This document shows, piece by piece, positions 11,501 through 24,328 of a stretch of DNA of 64,000 bases (position 1 is its first letter; every line of letters begins with the position of its first letter). The DNA is from Azolla caroliniana (Eukaryota > Plantae > Polypodiophyta). The notes below the pieces were generated by a model. The model saw only the letters and a list, made by a program, of their open reading frames with translations. It was not told where the DNA came from and did not search any database. Location: NCBI GenBank assembly GCA_043228905.1, contig JBHGNT010000004.1, forward strand, positions 17,546,001 to 17,610,000, written 5' to 3'. A program made the translations under genes and the position numbers.

Positions 11501-14137
11501 TATTATTGATCTGTTTCCTCAGTTAAGACCATATATTCCATATATACCATGGCAAGGAATACATAAATCAAGCCACCAATCACAACGCCCAAGTATAGAT
11601 ACGAAAACATGCATAACTTACATAGAGAGATGCAAACAATTATAGGAGTTAATAATGAAAAACCTCCAGTAAGGCCAAGTTATAGTTGTTGAAACTCGCA
11701 TATTTTATATTTAGAATATGTTTAATCTGAAGTATTTGACAAATATTCTATGTTTTAGAACTGTCATTTTAAAATGCTTCATATATTTTACATATTTATT
11801 GTTTCCAAAAAAATTTTAAAAAGAAAAATTAAAATAAAATATGGCCAAAAAACTAGTGTTTATGTTAGATGCATTATAATTATAAGACATATTTAATATA
11901 TTCTACGTACTCTACATATTTTATTTATTTAACAATTTTCATCTTTAGAATACATATTCTACGTATTTTAAAAATAAATAGAATACGTTGCATATGATTG
12001 TACGTGTATTGTATGCTAAGTATTCCATAACTATGAGCCAAATATAATTGAAGGGTAGTTTGTGGGGGCATAAGGGTTCAGTTCACATGTATAAATTATC
12101 AATATCATTCCATACCAATGCACAACCACATTTCACATAAGTATGTACAGATATCTGCACATCTATGCAACATGTCTCTATCTATACATAATACTCCAAA
12201 ATGTTTAAAATAAAAGGAGATACCAGTTTCTCCATCACTGGTCTTCTCAAACATGTCAAGCATATATGACGTCATGTCTTGGAGTGCTCTTGAGAAGTCT
12301 ATCAAAATGTTAATGAAAAAAGTTTGAAATATGTTAACAAACTAGAAATGCTTACCAAAGGATGCTTTTAGAAATACACCAGATAGACTCTAAATAGAGA
12401 AGATAAATGACTGTTTAATGCTTACCAAAAGATGCACCTGACACAGCTTGTGCAACTGCTAGGAGGTTATCATATTGATCCTTCATGCCCTCAGCAACCT
12501 AAAAATAACAATGGTGGAAAATGTATAGGTCATGTAAAGATTTCTATCTCAAAATGATAGAGACAATATTCTAGAAATAGCTACACAAATTCAGAACTCA
12601 TTTGCAAATGGGATTTAGTTACTGAGTGGTATCACAACAGCTATTCCAATTAAAAGTATGGCATTTTCATTCCCCATATATAGATGTAAAGACCCATAAT
12701 TGGTACAAGCTGAAGAAACATTTCTTTCAACTTTAATGGAGGAAATTACTACATGTGAAAGTTCAAAAAGCGCAAGAATATGCAAGCCTATGGACATGAA
12801 TCTGAGGTTGATTACATTCGATATTTACATGGCCCTTCTAAAATAAGAATATCATATTTAAAATGCATAGTCACTTAAATGCCTATAACAGATGCGCATT
12901 TACATTTGTGGATAGGTAAGAATAATGTCAAGGATAGTCAGGTTAATTCAGCAATAGATCATACACCATTCCAAGGTGCATAATCCATTCAAGATGAAAA
13001 ATATATGCAATACAGAGTACATGAATGTTTCTGTCATCATTTCAGCATCTAGACACAACTGCCCAATTGTTATATGCTCACAAGGGCTCCTGGATGCTAA
13101 ACTTCCTGTCTTTAGCCTCGATTGATTGGCTTAGCTTTATGTGCGATTTAACTACTAGCTTAGTAGTTAAATCGCAGTTACTAGTACTAACTCCAATTTT
13201 GAATGCATAGTTACATTTATGCTCGAAACAGATGACATCCACCTTTAAGGACAAGTAAAGAACAATCACAATGATAGGTAGCGATCAATTCAGTGGATAT
13301 ATCATATACCATTCCAAGGTTGTTAATCGATTCAAGATGAAAATTATGGGTAAATTAAAGAGTAGTTTCATGTTTTCTGCAGCTGATTCTGCATTTGTGC
13401 CCAAATTATAGTTATCTAACAGGCCTTCCGATATCTGATCGGACTAACTTTAGTTTCATGTCACTTCTAATTGCATATAACATGCATAGTCAGTGGTCAC
13501 ACAAATGTTTGTAACAGATACTCCATGGTGAGGGCAATCTTAGAGATAGGTACGCCTCAAATTAGAAACTTACATTGATGACAGAATTCCGAGGCTCATA
13601 ATCCATTGAAAGATGAAATTTATGTATAATTCTATAAGTATGAAAGAGTTGCATCTTTATGGACAGGTAGCAAAAAATGACAACGATAGATCAGATCAAT
13701 TCAAAAGTGCACCCTATGCCATAATTCTAGGGTTCATAATCACTTCAAGATGAAAATTTGATGAGAGTAAATGAAATAGTAACTCCTTTTATGGATAGTT
13801 CAGAACAATCTCTATGCTACCTCAAGCCAATTGAAGAATATTCCGATACCAGTCTTAAGGCTCATAACTTATTCAAGGGATTTAGGATTTCGTAAGTAAG
13901 ATGAAAGAGTACCTGTGGGCTAACTGTAACTGTTTCTGCATTCTCGGAGAGGTGAGCTGGTGAAAAAGAACTCTTTTCTTTGTTAATTACAGTGAGACCA
14001 CCAGTAAGCTTCAAATGATCTGTCTTTGAAAGAGGATCCGGAAGGTTTGTAGGAGAGTTAGAACTGATCTTCTCTTTGGAATGGCCAAATTTCCTTATAA
14101 GGGAAAAACCACGAAGCTTCTTCAATGATGATTTCAT
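8506..14137 (-). CDS. At2g33490-like protein (N-terminal BAR-like coiled-coil, Ser/Pro-rich C-terminus); 9 exons, 549 aa, intact
   Basis: Exons 14137-13913, 12498-12426, 12298-12224, 11060-10999, 10911-10843, 10768-10740, 9840-9654, 9575-9441 and 9300-8506; all GT-AG with consistent phases (1650 nt). Family motifs: 'MKSSLKKLRGF', 'YDNLL', 'AKVQ.E.KLLDTY', 'KRQCEEKR', 'RFKSLK.GQ..SL.TQAVRH.TAQ', 'SKSAPLFP', 'PRISP..SP', 'ISELHKLP.PP'. Confidence 0.9.
11681..12035. mobile_element. hAT-type MITE in intron 3 of the BAR-like gene
   Basis: Imperfect TIRs TATAGTTGTTGAAACT and CATAGTTATGGAATAC (reverse complement); 8-bp flanks ggccaagt/agccaaat (6/8 match); AT-rich interior. Confidence 0.6.
12900..13760. 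repeat. Ancient degenerate direct repeats in intron 1
   Basis: 'attcc(a/g)agg...aatc.attcaagatgaaa' core at ~12968, 13311, 13586 and 13724. Confidence 0.65.
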
Positions 14138-14222
14138 GATGGTACATAGAAATTTAAGACTTGATGAAAGCTGTCAAGCTTCCTTATTTGCTGATCTCAA
14201 TGTGAGGTAGAAGACGATCGGG

Positions 14223-14253
14223 GAAGAAGAAGAAGAAGAAGAAGAAGAAGAAG
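14223..14253 (-). repeat. (CTT)n microsatellite in the 5' UTR of the BAR-like gene
   Basis: About 10 GAA units on the plus strand, ~90 bp upstream of the ATG. Confidence 0.85.
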
Positions 14254-14283
14254 AGATGAGAGTGAATCTGTAATGTTGATCTG

Positions 14284-14293
14284 AAACCCTAAA
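14284..14293. promoter_or_regulatory. Telo-box (AAACCCTA) near the transcription start of the BAR-like gene
   Basis: AAACCCTAAA ~150 bp upstream of the ATG; TATA-rich tract at 14358-14395. Confidence 0.45.
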
Positions 14294-14748
14294 CGACAAG
14301 AATCCAGCATAGCCTCCGAGACAGAAAGATTTATCATCACTTCGAGTCTTCATATGTGTATATATAAATATAAATAAATTAAATATGTATATATATTTGT
14401 TTTTTCTTCATTAATTGGAACTATCAAAAACGTAATGAAATTGGGGAGGGGCACCGTATGGAAATATAATCAAAACCAGCATATCGGAAGCCCCCGGGGG
14501 CAGCTACTGAAATTATGCTTCTATTTTATCTCGCATTGTAATTCAAAAGAACGATGAGTATCATTCAATTTCCAATCGTGAGAATTTCTTAAAGGATGTA
14601 TTTTCATGGCTTTTGTAAATCAATCCTCCTCATGTTTTTCCTTCTCACATATGACTCCACGCTTCATCCAAATTTCATGCCATGATCAATGCTTTGAAAA
14701 TTTATTAGTGTGATAGGACACTTCTCGCAAAACCAAGACTATGTTATT

Positions 14749-14877
14749 CAGGAATCGGCAAGCCGGTAAACCGTTTGTAAACGGTTTGGCGGTTCAGCTC
14801 GGTTCAGTTCAAGCTTGAAAACTTTCAAACCGGTTAAGGCTTAAGGTTAAGCCAAAATCGAATCGTTGCCAATTTTG
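14749..14877. mobile_element. Short hAT-family MITE related to the element at 53877-54767
   Basis: Left end CAGGAATCGGCAA, right end CGTTGCCAATT; aaaccg/cggttt subterminal motifs; flanks atgttatt/ttgttatt. Confidence 0.6.
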
Positions 14878-16519
14878 TTATTTATAGCTATTTCCAAACA
14901 AGATTGAGCTCCGTTTACGTTGCTATGTTTTTCTCACTAAGTTTGAAGATGCCTTTTGTGACTTTGATAAAAGATGAACCTTGATGAATTCCACCAAGTC
15001 GCTTGAGATGTTAACCTCCTACTCAACCTTGATGAGCCAACTTCTTTGGGCGACACCACCACTCCAAACGTGCATTGTGACAACCAAATTTTCAAGTTTT
15101 ATAATTAGCAATGTTCTACTCAAGTATGATTGTTAGCCCCTTATCTTGTCCTATGCTAATGGATTCCACAAGAAGTCATAGTGATCCAATGGAGATCCAA
15201 ATGGTCAAGATCCATGCCTTCTCATTCACACAGAGGCAATGTTGACACACTAAAAATCATTCCCTTTGTTGTAGCACATTGGGGCATTCTGTTTACCTTT
15301 TCCCCAACAAGGGAAAGACCTTAAGAAATAGCCTATGTGGATCCTACATCCCCATCAAGAAAGACAATTACAAATTGCAATAGGAACCTTGTGGTTAGAT
15401 ATCATGGTATTATCAACATTGTGAAGGTTAACCTTGAGCTTTACCACCCTTGTACAAGTCAGTAATGACTTCAAAGTCATAAAACATAAAACTCTAATCC
15501 ATTCAAGAGACACATCTTGCTTTATCAACATCGCATATGTACCGTAGTACCCACTTGTATCTAGTTGTGAAAAAACACACCTTTGTCCCAATTGACATGA
15601 TTAACAAATGTTCAGTCTCATTTAACGCTCTTGGTAATGAGACGATCCTGTTAAACCTTTAGTTGGATTGCATATTGTCCTCAACCTTATCATCTCCGCT
15701 TTTCCTTGGTATACTTTGGCTTGAAGGACACAATGCATAATAGAGAAGTGAACAAGGCAATGGATGGTGTGCATTGAATGCCAACTCATACCTAAGTCAC
15801 AAATGACATTTCATTTACATTTTTCTTGATAAGAAATTTATAGTAAAAAATAGTACTTGACCTAGTTTGTCCTCATTGGATTCTTTTGATATTTACAGTT
15901 GTTCAATGGTATTGGATACCAAGGCTAAAACTGGCAACACCTTAGCAAAAACCCTTGGGACAATGTCTCTGATGAAGAAAAACCGAAGATATCCAACCTG
16001 AGATTAGATCACCATTGCACGCAAAGATAATTTTTCAAACAACAAGCATGGGAGATCATAGAAATGATTGTTGAACTAGCCAACATATGACTAATTGCAT
16101 TTTCCATATAGGGCCTTGATCAACTTTAGGGTCCACTTCTTGAATAGAGCTTTTCTCATAAGATCTAAAACTCTAGAATAATCTTTTCCATTCTTTGACC
16201 ATTGTAGGAAAGACAAAAACAAGATGTCCCTGAAGTTGGGTATCCATCTTATATTATAGGCATTGTGTCCCATAAATTCGTGCATGTTTGTGAAATGTAA
16301 AATGGTATGAAATAAAAGTTTTGAACTCAACACATTTTCTATTTGAGACAGTTCAAACACCACTTAAGAACCATTATAATTTTCATAACACTAACCGACA
16401 ACATAGTCTTAGCCTTTAGTGTCATGAGATCTACATAAGGGAATCTCATCTATAATGAGGGGTGGGGTAGAATACAAATTCTCAAGAAGAGGAAAAATAT
16501 CCCTATTGTAAGTTAATAT

Positions 16520-18443
16520 TGTGAAGTGCACATAAAACCAGCCTAGTTAGCTTCTTACTTCTTACTCAATTTATAGTTGATACAAAGGTACCCATTTGGG
16601 TTGGCTTATCTAAAAAGGGTGTGCTAAAAGGGTGTGTCGGCTTAGGTACATGCATACTAAAAAGGGTGGCATAAAGGAACACATGCACACCACATTTCCC
16701 CCCTGAGAGAAACAAGAGACCGAGGAACATGAGCACCATCAAGATCTGGAACAGGAACAGGAGCAAGAGCAAGAGTAGAAGCACGAGCAGTGGTTTGTCG
16801 AAGGAGGGGGTGCATATGTTGGAGATAGAGCCCCCCAAATGGCACTATCCACGTTGGCAGGTTTCGAATGGACATCAATGGAGTGGGAGGTGAGGATTAC
16901 GCCCATAGAGTGCTCGAAAAGGGTTGATCCATGTCGAAGCCTGCACGGATATATTGCATGCATGGGTGACGAAAGGAAAGATTTGATCCCTGGTTTTATT
17001 GCATGGATCGATGTAAGCGGCAATCTCCTTCTTGAGGGTCTTGTTGAGGCGTCTAGTGAGGCCATTTGTCTGAGGATGGTATCGGTACGTTGTTGTGAAG
17101 ATTTTCGTCCACAAGCGGAAACCCGAGCAACGAGAGCCAAAGAGCGATGTGCAACGTTGCACACATACATAATGTATTTGTAATAGTAATAAAGGTATAA
17201 AGGTGATGTGGTTGTACGCACATCCACACGAGAGAGAGAGAGAGAGAGAGGTACTATGTGGTACATAGGTACCTAGTTGTTTGTGAGGAGGTGGGAGTTA
17301 AGGGGCCATCAATCTCACCCTCCCCCAAATTAAGGCAAATATCCCCTTTGAATGAAAGGGGATATTTTAGTCTCACTTTTGTAAGTGGTCTTCCCTCCTT
17401 GTGCTATAAAAGGAGAGAGAAGGCACCATTGTGGGGGTTGCCTATTTTGAGTGTGCGAGGTATACCACATAGGTCGAGCGTTAGGGTTCGGTTAGGGTTT
17501 TCTTTTTGGGTTTTCCTTTAGGGTTTTCTTATAGTCGTTTGGTGTGGCCATTGCGGCCACCATTGTAAAGCGTTTATGTTTTCTTAATCGAACTTCTTGT
17601 TGAGTATCTTGACTCCATCTTCTTCATCTTCTGCTATCATAATGTCATATTCGTTCTCTTCTCCTCTTGAGCTATGAGCTAATCTTCCATTCGTTGTCTT
17701 AACCTTTCTCCTCTTCTCCCTAGTCCAAGACCCCTGTGGTCCCGCCCCCTCCACACGCACGCGCGTAACAACGCGACAACGTAAACACCTTCTAGACACC
17801 TAGTTGAGCTGCAACGACGTTGAGGACATCCCCATACAACTGACGACCCTAATCAGATAATAGTTGGACGGGGCTAGTGACGGAAAACAAGCTAGAAATT
17901 GGCAGATAGAGATCAATCACTCCTGTGGATTGAGGACCACCTGGACTTGGCTAAGGTGGGGGACGAGAGGGCTATCATGTAGCAGGGGGATCTGGGGAAG
18001 ATCAATTGGCGGTGAAAGATCAATCGCTCCTATGGACTAAGGGCCACTTGGACTTGGCTGAGGTGGGGGACAAGAGGGCTATCGTGTAGGAGGGGGATCG
18101 GAGAAACTCGTGGGACAAGAAGTTAGTGAGAAACTTGAGGTGAGGGGGAAGAGGTGATTACTTGAACATGGGGGACTGGTACTCCGCATCTCCACCAATA
18201 TGTGAAATTCACATAAGAGATCAAAACCAGCCCGGTTAGCTTCTTACTTCTTACTCAATTTATAGTTGATACAAAGGTACCCATTTGGGTTGACGTAGAT
18301 AAAATGGGTGTGCTAAAAGGGTGTGTCGACTCAAGTATATGCATCCTAAAAAGGGTATGCTAAAATGGTGGGTCAGCTTAGGTAAATGCATCCTAAAAAG
18401 GATGTGCTAAAAGGGTGGCATAAAGGAACACATGCACACCACA
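16520..18443 (-). mobile_element. Short deleted Gypsy-derived LTR element (TRIM-like) with a tRNA-Ala PBS and an integrase remnant
   Basis: LTRs 16520-16694 and 18201-18443 (TGTG...CACA); PBS TGGTGGAGATGCGG (18184-18197, minus); PPT ~16697-16705; ORF 16875-17162 'HPQTNGL..RLNKTL...PFRALYGR'. Confidence 0.85.
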
Positions 18444-20768
18444 ATACTTAATCAAATAAAATCACATTATTTTGATTTGAGTGTGTGTTGTGTAGTGTAT
18501 TGGATAGAAGTATCTAACCAGAATAGAGGTTGTGAGTAATACTTTAATAAGAATTAAGAATCATGTTTCCGTCAATCATGTGTTGCAATCTATTAATGGG
18601 GCCTAAAAAACGTTTATGGGCTCAAGGGTTAACTCGGAAAAATGGTTTTATTAACCATCTATTCACTCCTCGATTGCCACCTCACGCATGTGAGATGCTC
18701 ACTTTGAGAATCTAGGGATAATAATTTTGATGATAAAGGGTTACAAGAGTCAATAGATAAGTTGAAACTTGTTTCTGATTCTTGTCTTTATTCACATAGG
18801 TGCACTTGTTAACATGCACCATGGATCCAATTTGTGATGTCCTCATATGACCATGCGAAAAAATCCTAATACCCATTGATCACCTTGATGAGGTACTGGC
18901 AAAACATCGGAGCGCCATGTACTAGAAGTTTGAATCAAAAGTGGACCAGTGTCTACATAAAGGTGGATATATTCTAGATATGTTATTGGGACACATTGGG
19001 ATATCAAGAACAGTTGCTCCACTATATGCCAATTGTTGTGCAAGATTTGGTTGGTGTTGACATCCGGTGCGGAAGTTGGCAATAAGAGTAAGATTCATGA
19101 AGAATTTAGATGATACTTGAGATACTGTTGAGGTGACATTCTACCATATTCATGTTCATCGCATAAGCGGTGATGAGGTGTTATATCGAGTGGCCCAAAT
19201 TATAGCTTGACTTTGGTCTTGCCCCTATAGAAGGTAATGTGGCCTTGAAACCAATTGTGTTTAATGCAAACCATATGGAGCCACAAGCATCCTACGAGAA
19301 GTGGGTATGTGTGGAATTTCTCTTGTTGAATAACAAGTGTTGAGATGTAGAAGAGGTATCCATTTATCTAGATGAGAAGACCATTGATAAGGCCAAGCGA
19401 TTGGGTTGTGCTAGTGACTTCATGCATATCCAATATGGGCATTTGTCCCATGTGGTGATTCTAGGCATTTGTAAATCGCTACACTCATTATTTTTACAAT
19501 AGATCCACCATTATCATGAGAATATGCTTGTGCTTGTGAGATGTTGAGTAGGTACACTAGGGGACTTGAACAACAAAGAGGGCTTCTTAATGAAGAGTTA
19601 AGGAAGTTAACAGTGGAGTTAGCACTTCTTTATTCTTCTTCAAGATGAGCTTCTTATCCCGATTCACACGCACACTTGCAAACACGCACTATGTGTGTTG
19701 GAAATATATTTGTATTAAACTTTTGTGTGCATTGGGATGTGCGAGTGCATTTGAATGGTGTGCGAGCATATTGATGTCTTAGTACTAAAGTCAAACTAGT
19801 GCTCTCTTGTGAGTGCATGTTTTTGTTGATATGAGTTATTGTGGGTATATGTTTAATTATCTTTTCCCATGTTTATCATTGTGTGTTTAAGTTTCCTTTT
19901 AGGAATTGATTTGTATAGGTGTATGCATATTTGTGTTTTACGTGTATGTGTAAGCTTGAGTATGCATGTTTGTTTTTATGTGTATGTGTGTGTACAAAGT
20001 TATTTGTGTATATGTAGGGGTATTGGGTGTGTAGTTATCATTGTTTCACGATTTCTTTGTGTGAGTTGAATTGTATAGTAAATATATGTGTACCAATTGA
20101 CATTCATGTTTGTGGGTATGTGCTTGTATATGTGTTTTTTTTGTTTGAGGAGGGTGGGTGGTGGAGGGAGAGATATACTTTAGGAGTCGGTATATATTTT
20201 TATAATCTCATCGAAAAGGGAGGGGATCTTAGTAACATCAAGTTTCTTGCCTCCCTTGTAGTGTGGTTATAATTCCCTATAGGAGGGAATGAGTATAAAA
20301 GGGAAGAAAAGGGGTATTGTCTAGGTGTAAAGCCTAAGCGTGGTATGACCAAGCTATAGGATCAAATTGTACGTGAATCACCGATGCCCGACTATTGTAT
20401 TGGCATAATACTTTATGTGTGTTTAAGGGGCAATCGATCGATTTCTTCTTCCTTTTTCTGTGTTGTTACCTTGAAGAGCAATCATCTACTACTTGTCACT
20501 GTCTTCCTTCCTCCCAGATGTCCTATGGCCAAAAAGGAACCTAAGGACTATTTGGGGGGAGGAGGTTCTAGATCTGAAAAGGAACCCAAGGACAATTATG
20601 GGGTTCCTAATGATCATAACATTTTGTTGAGAATCGAACTCAACTTCCCATATGGAGAGTGTTCACACTAGTCAGTGGACAACTTACTAGGATAGATTTG
20701 TAATTAGTAGAAAGGGTATTTGCCCTAGACTAGTTGGTATTTAAACCAACCTTTTGTAATTGAGTAAC

Positions 20769-23700
20769 CGAAAGGATCCCGGTATAATATGGCTGGAGAG
20801 GCGAGTATAGTTGATGAAGGAACGCTACATGGGCTTTCTCCATACGAACATTTATCGGATGACATAATCTGATATTCTTCTCAAGGGGAAGTCTTCCTTG
20901 TAGGAGATTTCAATGCGAGAACCCAATCCCGACAATGCACAATATTTCAGATGGATAGAAACCTCGAAATGGTGAATGTCGACCCTTTAGACTTAAACAT
21001 AACGCGTACATCAAAGGATCAAGGTGCGGACGCCACAAGCTTTGGCCATCATCTGCTTGAACTTGGAAGCCGACACGAAATGACCATATGTAATGGCTTA
21101 GCCAAGTGGCCGAGCTCGGAAGCGCTCACATGTTTCCCACATGGAGGAGGGGAAAGCACAGTTGATTACCTAATAGGACGCCTTGAAGCTACCCACATGG
21201 TTAAATCCTTCCAGGTGGCCACCTCCCACGCCACCAACTCTAGTCAACCAAACCATCACACCATAATACATTTCACACATGAGTTCGTTGACATCCACTC
21301 TCGACATATTCAAGCCCATCTCTCCTCTTTTGATTCTTCCTTGCCTTTAGAGAACCTCACTACAAAACTCACACACACCCTTCACTCGGCAGCAATTAGT
21401 AGCTTCCCATACATGAAACACTCCAATCATAGTAGAATAGGGTCTATGCCACATAACAAGTGGTATGATGAGGATTGTAGAGACTTGTGTAGACAACTTA
21501 AAGTGTCGTGACTTAGTGGTACTATTTCCTCAGTACAGGCTCGAAAAGAGATGCGCAAGATGACACGTCGTAAAAGACGAGCTTGGGAAGCATCCCAATA
21601 TTGGGAACTCTACCATATGCTCATGGGTAGGGATTGCGCCCTTGCATGGAAGAGACTACGGGAACCGCGACCACAAACACTCATCGAGGATCCCTATATT
21701 TGGCACACATATTGAGAGACTCTACCATGTCCCGAACCAACCACCCATCCCAATGCCTTCCACACCCCGACCTAACATGGGGACACTTTTCACGACATCT
21801 AGGGTCATGAAGGTCATAAAAAAATTACAACATAGGAAATCCATGGACCACATAGGATTGCGAGTTGAGCACATCATATATGTTTGAGAGTGCCTAGCCC
21901 CCTTTCTCACTCTAATCTTCAACTGCGCCCTCGCCAAGGGTTTTCCACCAAAATGGACCATGAACATAGTGGCCCCTATACATAAAGGAGGGGACCCAAT
22001 GGACCCAAATACATATAGGACCATTATGATAGGCCATACGCTCGCTAAACTATATGGTGCGGTAATGGAAGCGGAGCTTAGCGATTATATGGAAACATTA
22101 AGTCTTCGAGCACCTGAGCAGGCTGGCTTTAGACGAGCCTTCTCCACTATTGACCATATCTTCACACTTAGGTGCTTAATTGACCAGACGAAGGCTCGTA
22201 AGAAGAAACTATATTGTTGCGTTGTGGACTTCCACAAAGCCTTTGACACAGTTCCTAGGGAGAAGTTGTTTGATAGACTTAAGATCTTGGAGATACCAAA
22301 TGACATGATCTGGGCCATTTATGCCCTATATGAGCAAGTCTTTGGTAAGATGCCTGGGTGGCCTATCCGATTGTTTCACTAGCACCATTGGCGTAAAACA
22401 GGGTTGCCCCCTATCACTGACTCTTTTTGGGATCTACATTGATGAGATCACTGATTTTATTGCTCGTAAGGGGGGCAAGGGAGTAGCTATTGGAGATATG
22501 CAAGTTAGTCTCTTACTCTATGTAGACGACATTGTCTTGCTCTCAGAGTCAGAACACGACCTACAAAAGCATCTTAATGCCCTAGATGACTTTTGTACAC
22601 AATGAGGATTGGTAGTGAATCTAGCGAAAACTAAAGTCCTTATCTTTCATACATCGTCCCGAGTTAGGAGTAAATGTCACCTAATCCTCTCTCATAAACT
22701 AGTTGAGGTAGTTGGATCATATGTATACTTGGGAGTCACTTTTAGTGCTCGCTTAGGTAAATTCTCGATGACCCAAGCAACCAAAGATAGGCTAACGAGA
22801 GGGTATGCATCCCTCTCACTCTTAGAGAGACAATGCCACCAGACATACTTTCAAGAGCCACGGACTAAGGGATGGCTCTTCAACTCATTAGTGACCCATT
22901 CCCTCATGTATGCATCAGTAGTATGGGCTCCAGGTCTACCATCTTTCATGTGGATGCAATTACTGAGACCTTTGGTGATGATGTTATCACGTCAACTCCG
23001 AAGCAAATCGACAGTACCACATGACATTATTAGAGCAGACTTCAGTCTGCCCCCGATGTTCGTAGAAGCATTGTTTCAAGTGGTAGTTTTTATTCATCGG
23101 ATACATAACCAACCACAAGATAGGATATCCCGTCGAGCCTTTGAGGCATCTCGATCCCTACATGCATTTGGAGACACTAGCTCTTGGTATAGCACTGTGG
23201 TGAGTTGGTTACTTGCAAACAACATAAACATTAATAACCTACCCCCCCTTAAGTACAACCATGGGACTGACCAAACTCTAATATCTCATGAAGATCGTAA
23301 TAAAGTGATACGCCAAGAAATATGGCAAATTTACACTGGATATAAATGGATCATCCCATGAGAGCCACTCCCATCTAAAATGTTGTACTATAAGGAACAC
23401 TTCTTGCACTTCTCTCATTTAGGTTTTATTAACATGACCAAGATATCTAGATACATTCTTATCAAATGCACTAAGGGTTGCCATTGGACAACTTAGGATA
23501 TCATCTCACCAACTTGAGATTGAGAATGGTCGGGCTAATAGAGTCCCTAGGGAGGAAAGACTATGTAGGTTGTGCCACATAGAGATGGAGGATGAGTATC
23601 ACTTCACATGCAAGTGCCCAACTTATGCCGAGATACGAGTGGAATACCAAGACATATTAGGACCCTCTCCCACCCTCTCCAAACTATTAGATACCCTGGA

Positions 23701-24200
23701 TATAAAGAGACTAGGTAGGTATATCTTCGAGCTAAAACAACATAAGGAGAATAAATTACAAAGTGTTAACCATAACCCTTTTACTATTCATCAACTTGTA
23801 ACTAGTGTAATTTTTCAGGAACAAGAGGAGACGATGAATGTGGATACACTTATGCTGCTCAGCCTCTCTCTTGAGGAAGCTGAAACGCAAAGAACAACCA
23901 AATGCCCTCGGATGTTGGGCTTCAAAACAAGTCGACACAGAGTAGAAAGGATTAAGAAGATAAGGGAACATGAGCTACGTCAACTAGAAGCTATGGTTGG
24001 GGTACCTTTTACATTGGGGCCACCGGCCACATCCACATCGAAACCCTTTGACCTCCCGTTTCTCTTCGAGAGACTTGGATGAAAATGAAATTAGGCCTAG
24101 TATAACATCATTTTCATTGTAGAACATGTTTGTTATTTTATTTTACTAGAACTATTTAGCTTAAAACTCTATTTTTATTTTTATTTTTATTTTTTACTTT
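20769..24200 (+). mobile_element. 5'-truncated LINE (RTEX-like): AP endonuclease end, RT and C-terminal Cys motif, degenerate
   Basis: 'GDFNART', 'TVDYL', 'YRTIMI', 'EQAGFR', 'DFHKAFDTV', 'GVKQGCPLS', 'YVDDIV', 'HQLEIENGR..REERLCRLC..EDEYHF.CKCP'; (ATTTTT)n tract at ~24171-24196. Confidence 0.85.
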
Positions 24201-24282
24201 CGATGAATGGGTAAATATCCCATTTTTTGTTGTAAACCATTTGTCTCATGGGCCAACTTTGGCCTTAGAAGAAGTTAATGTA

Positions 24283-24328
<46 letters not shown>

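Noticed and set aside
14900-16500. Possible LINE RT remnant on the minus strand
   Set aside because: Only faint motif traces; too degenerate to call without a profile search
18840-19620. Possible plant-mobile-domain/transposon coding remnant
   Set aside because: No unambiguous motif
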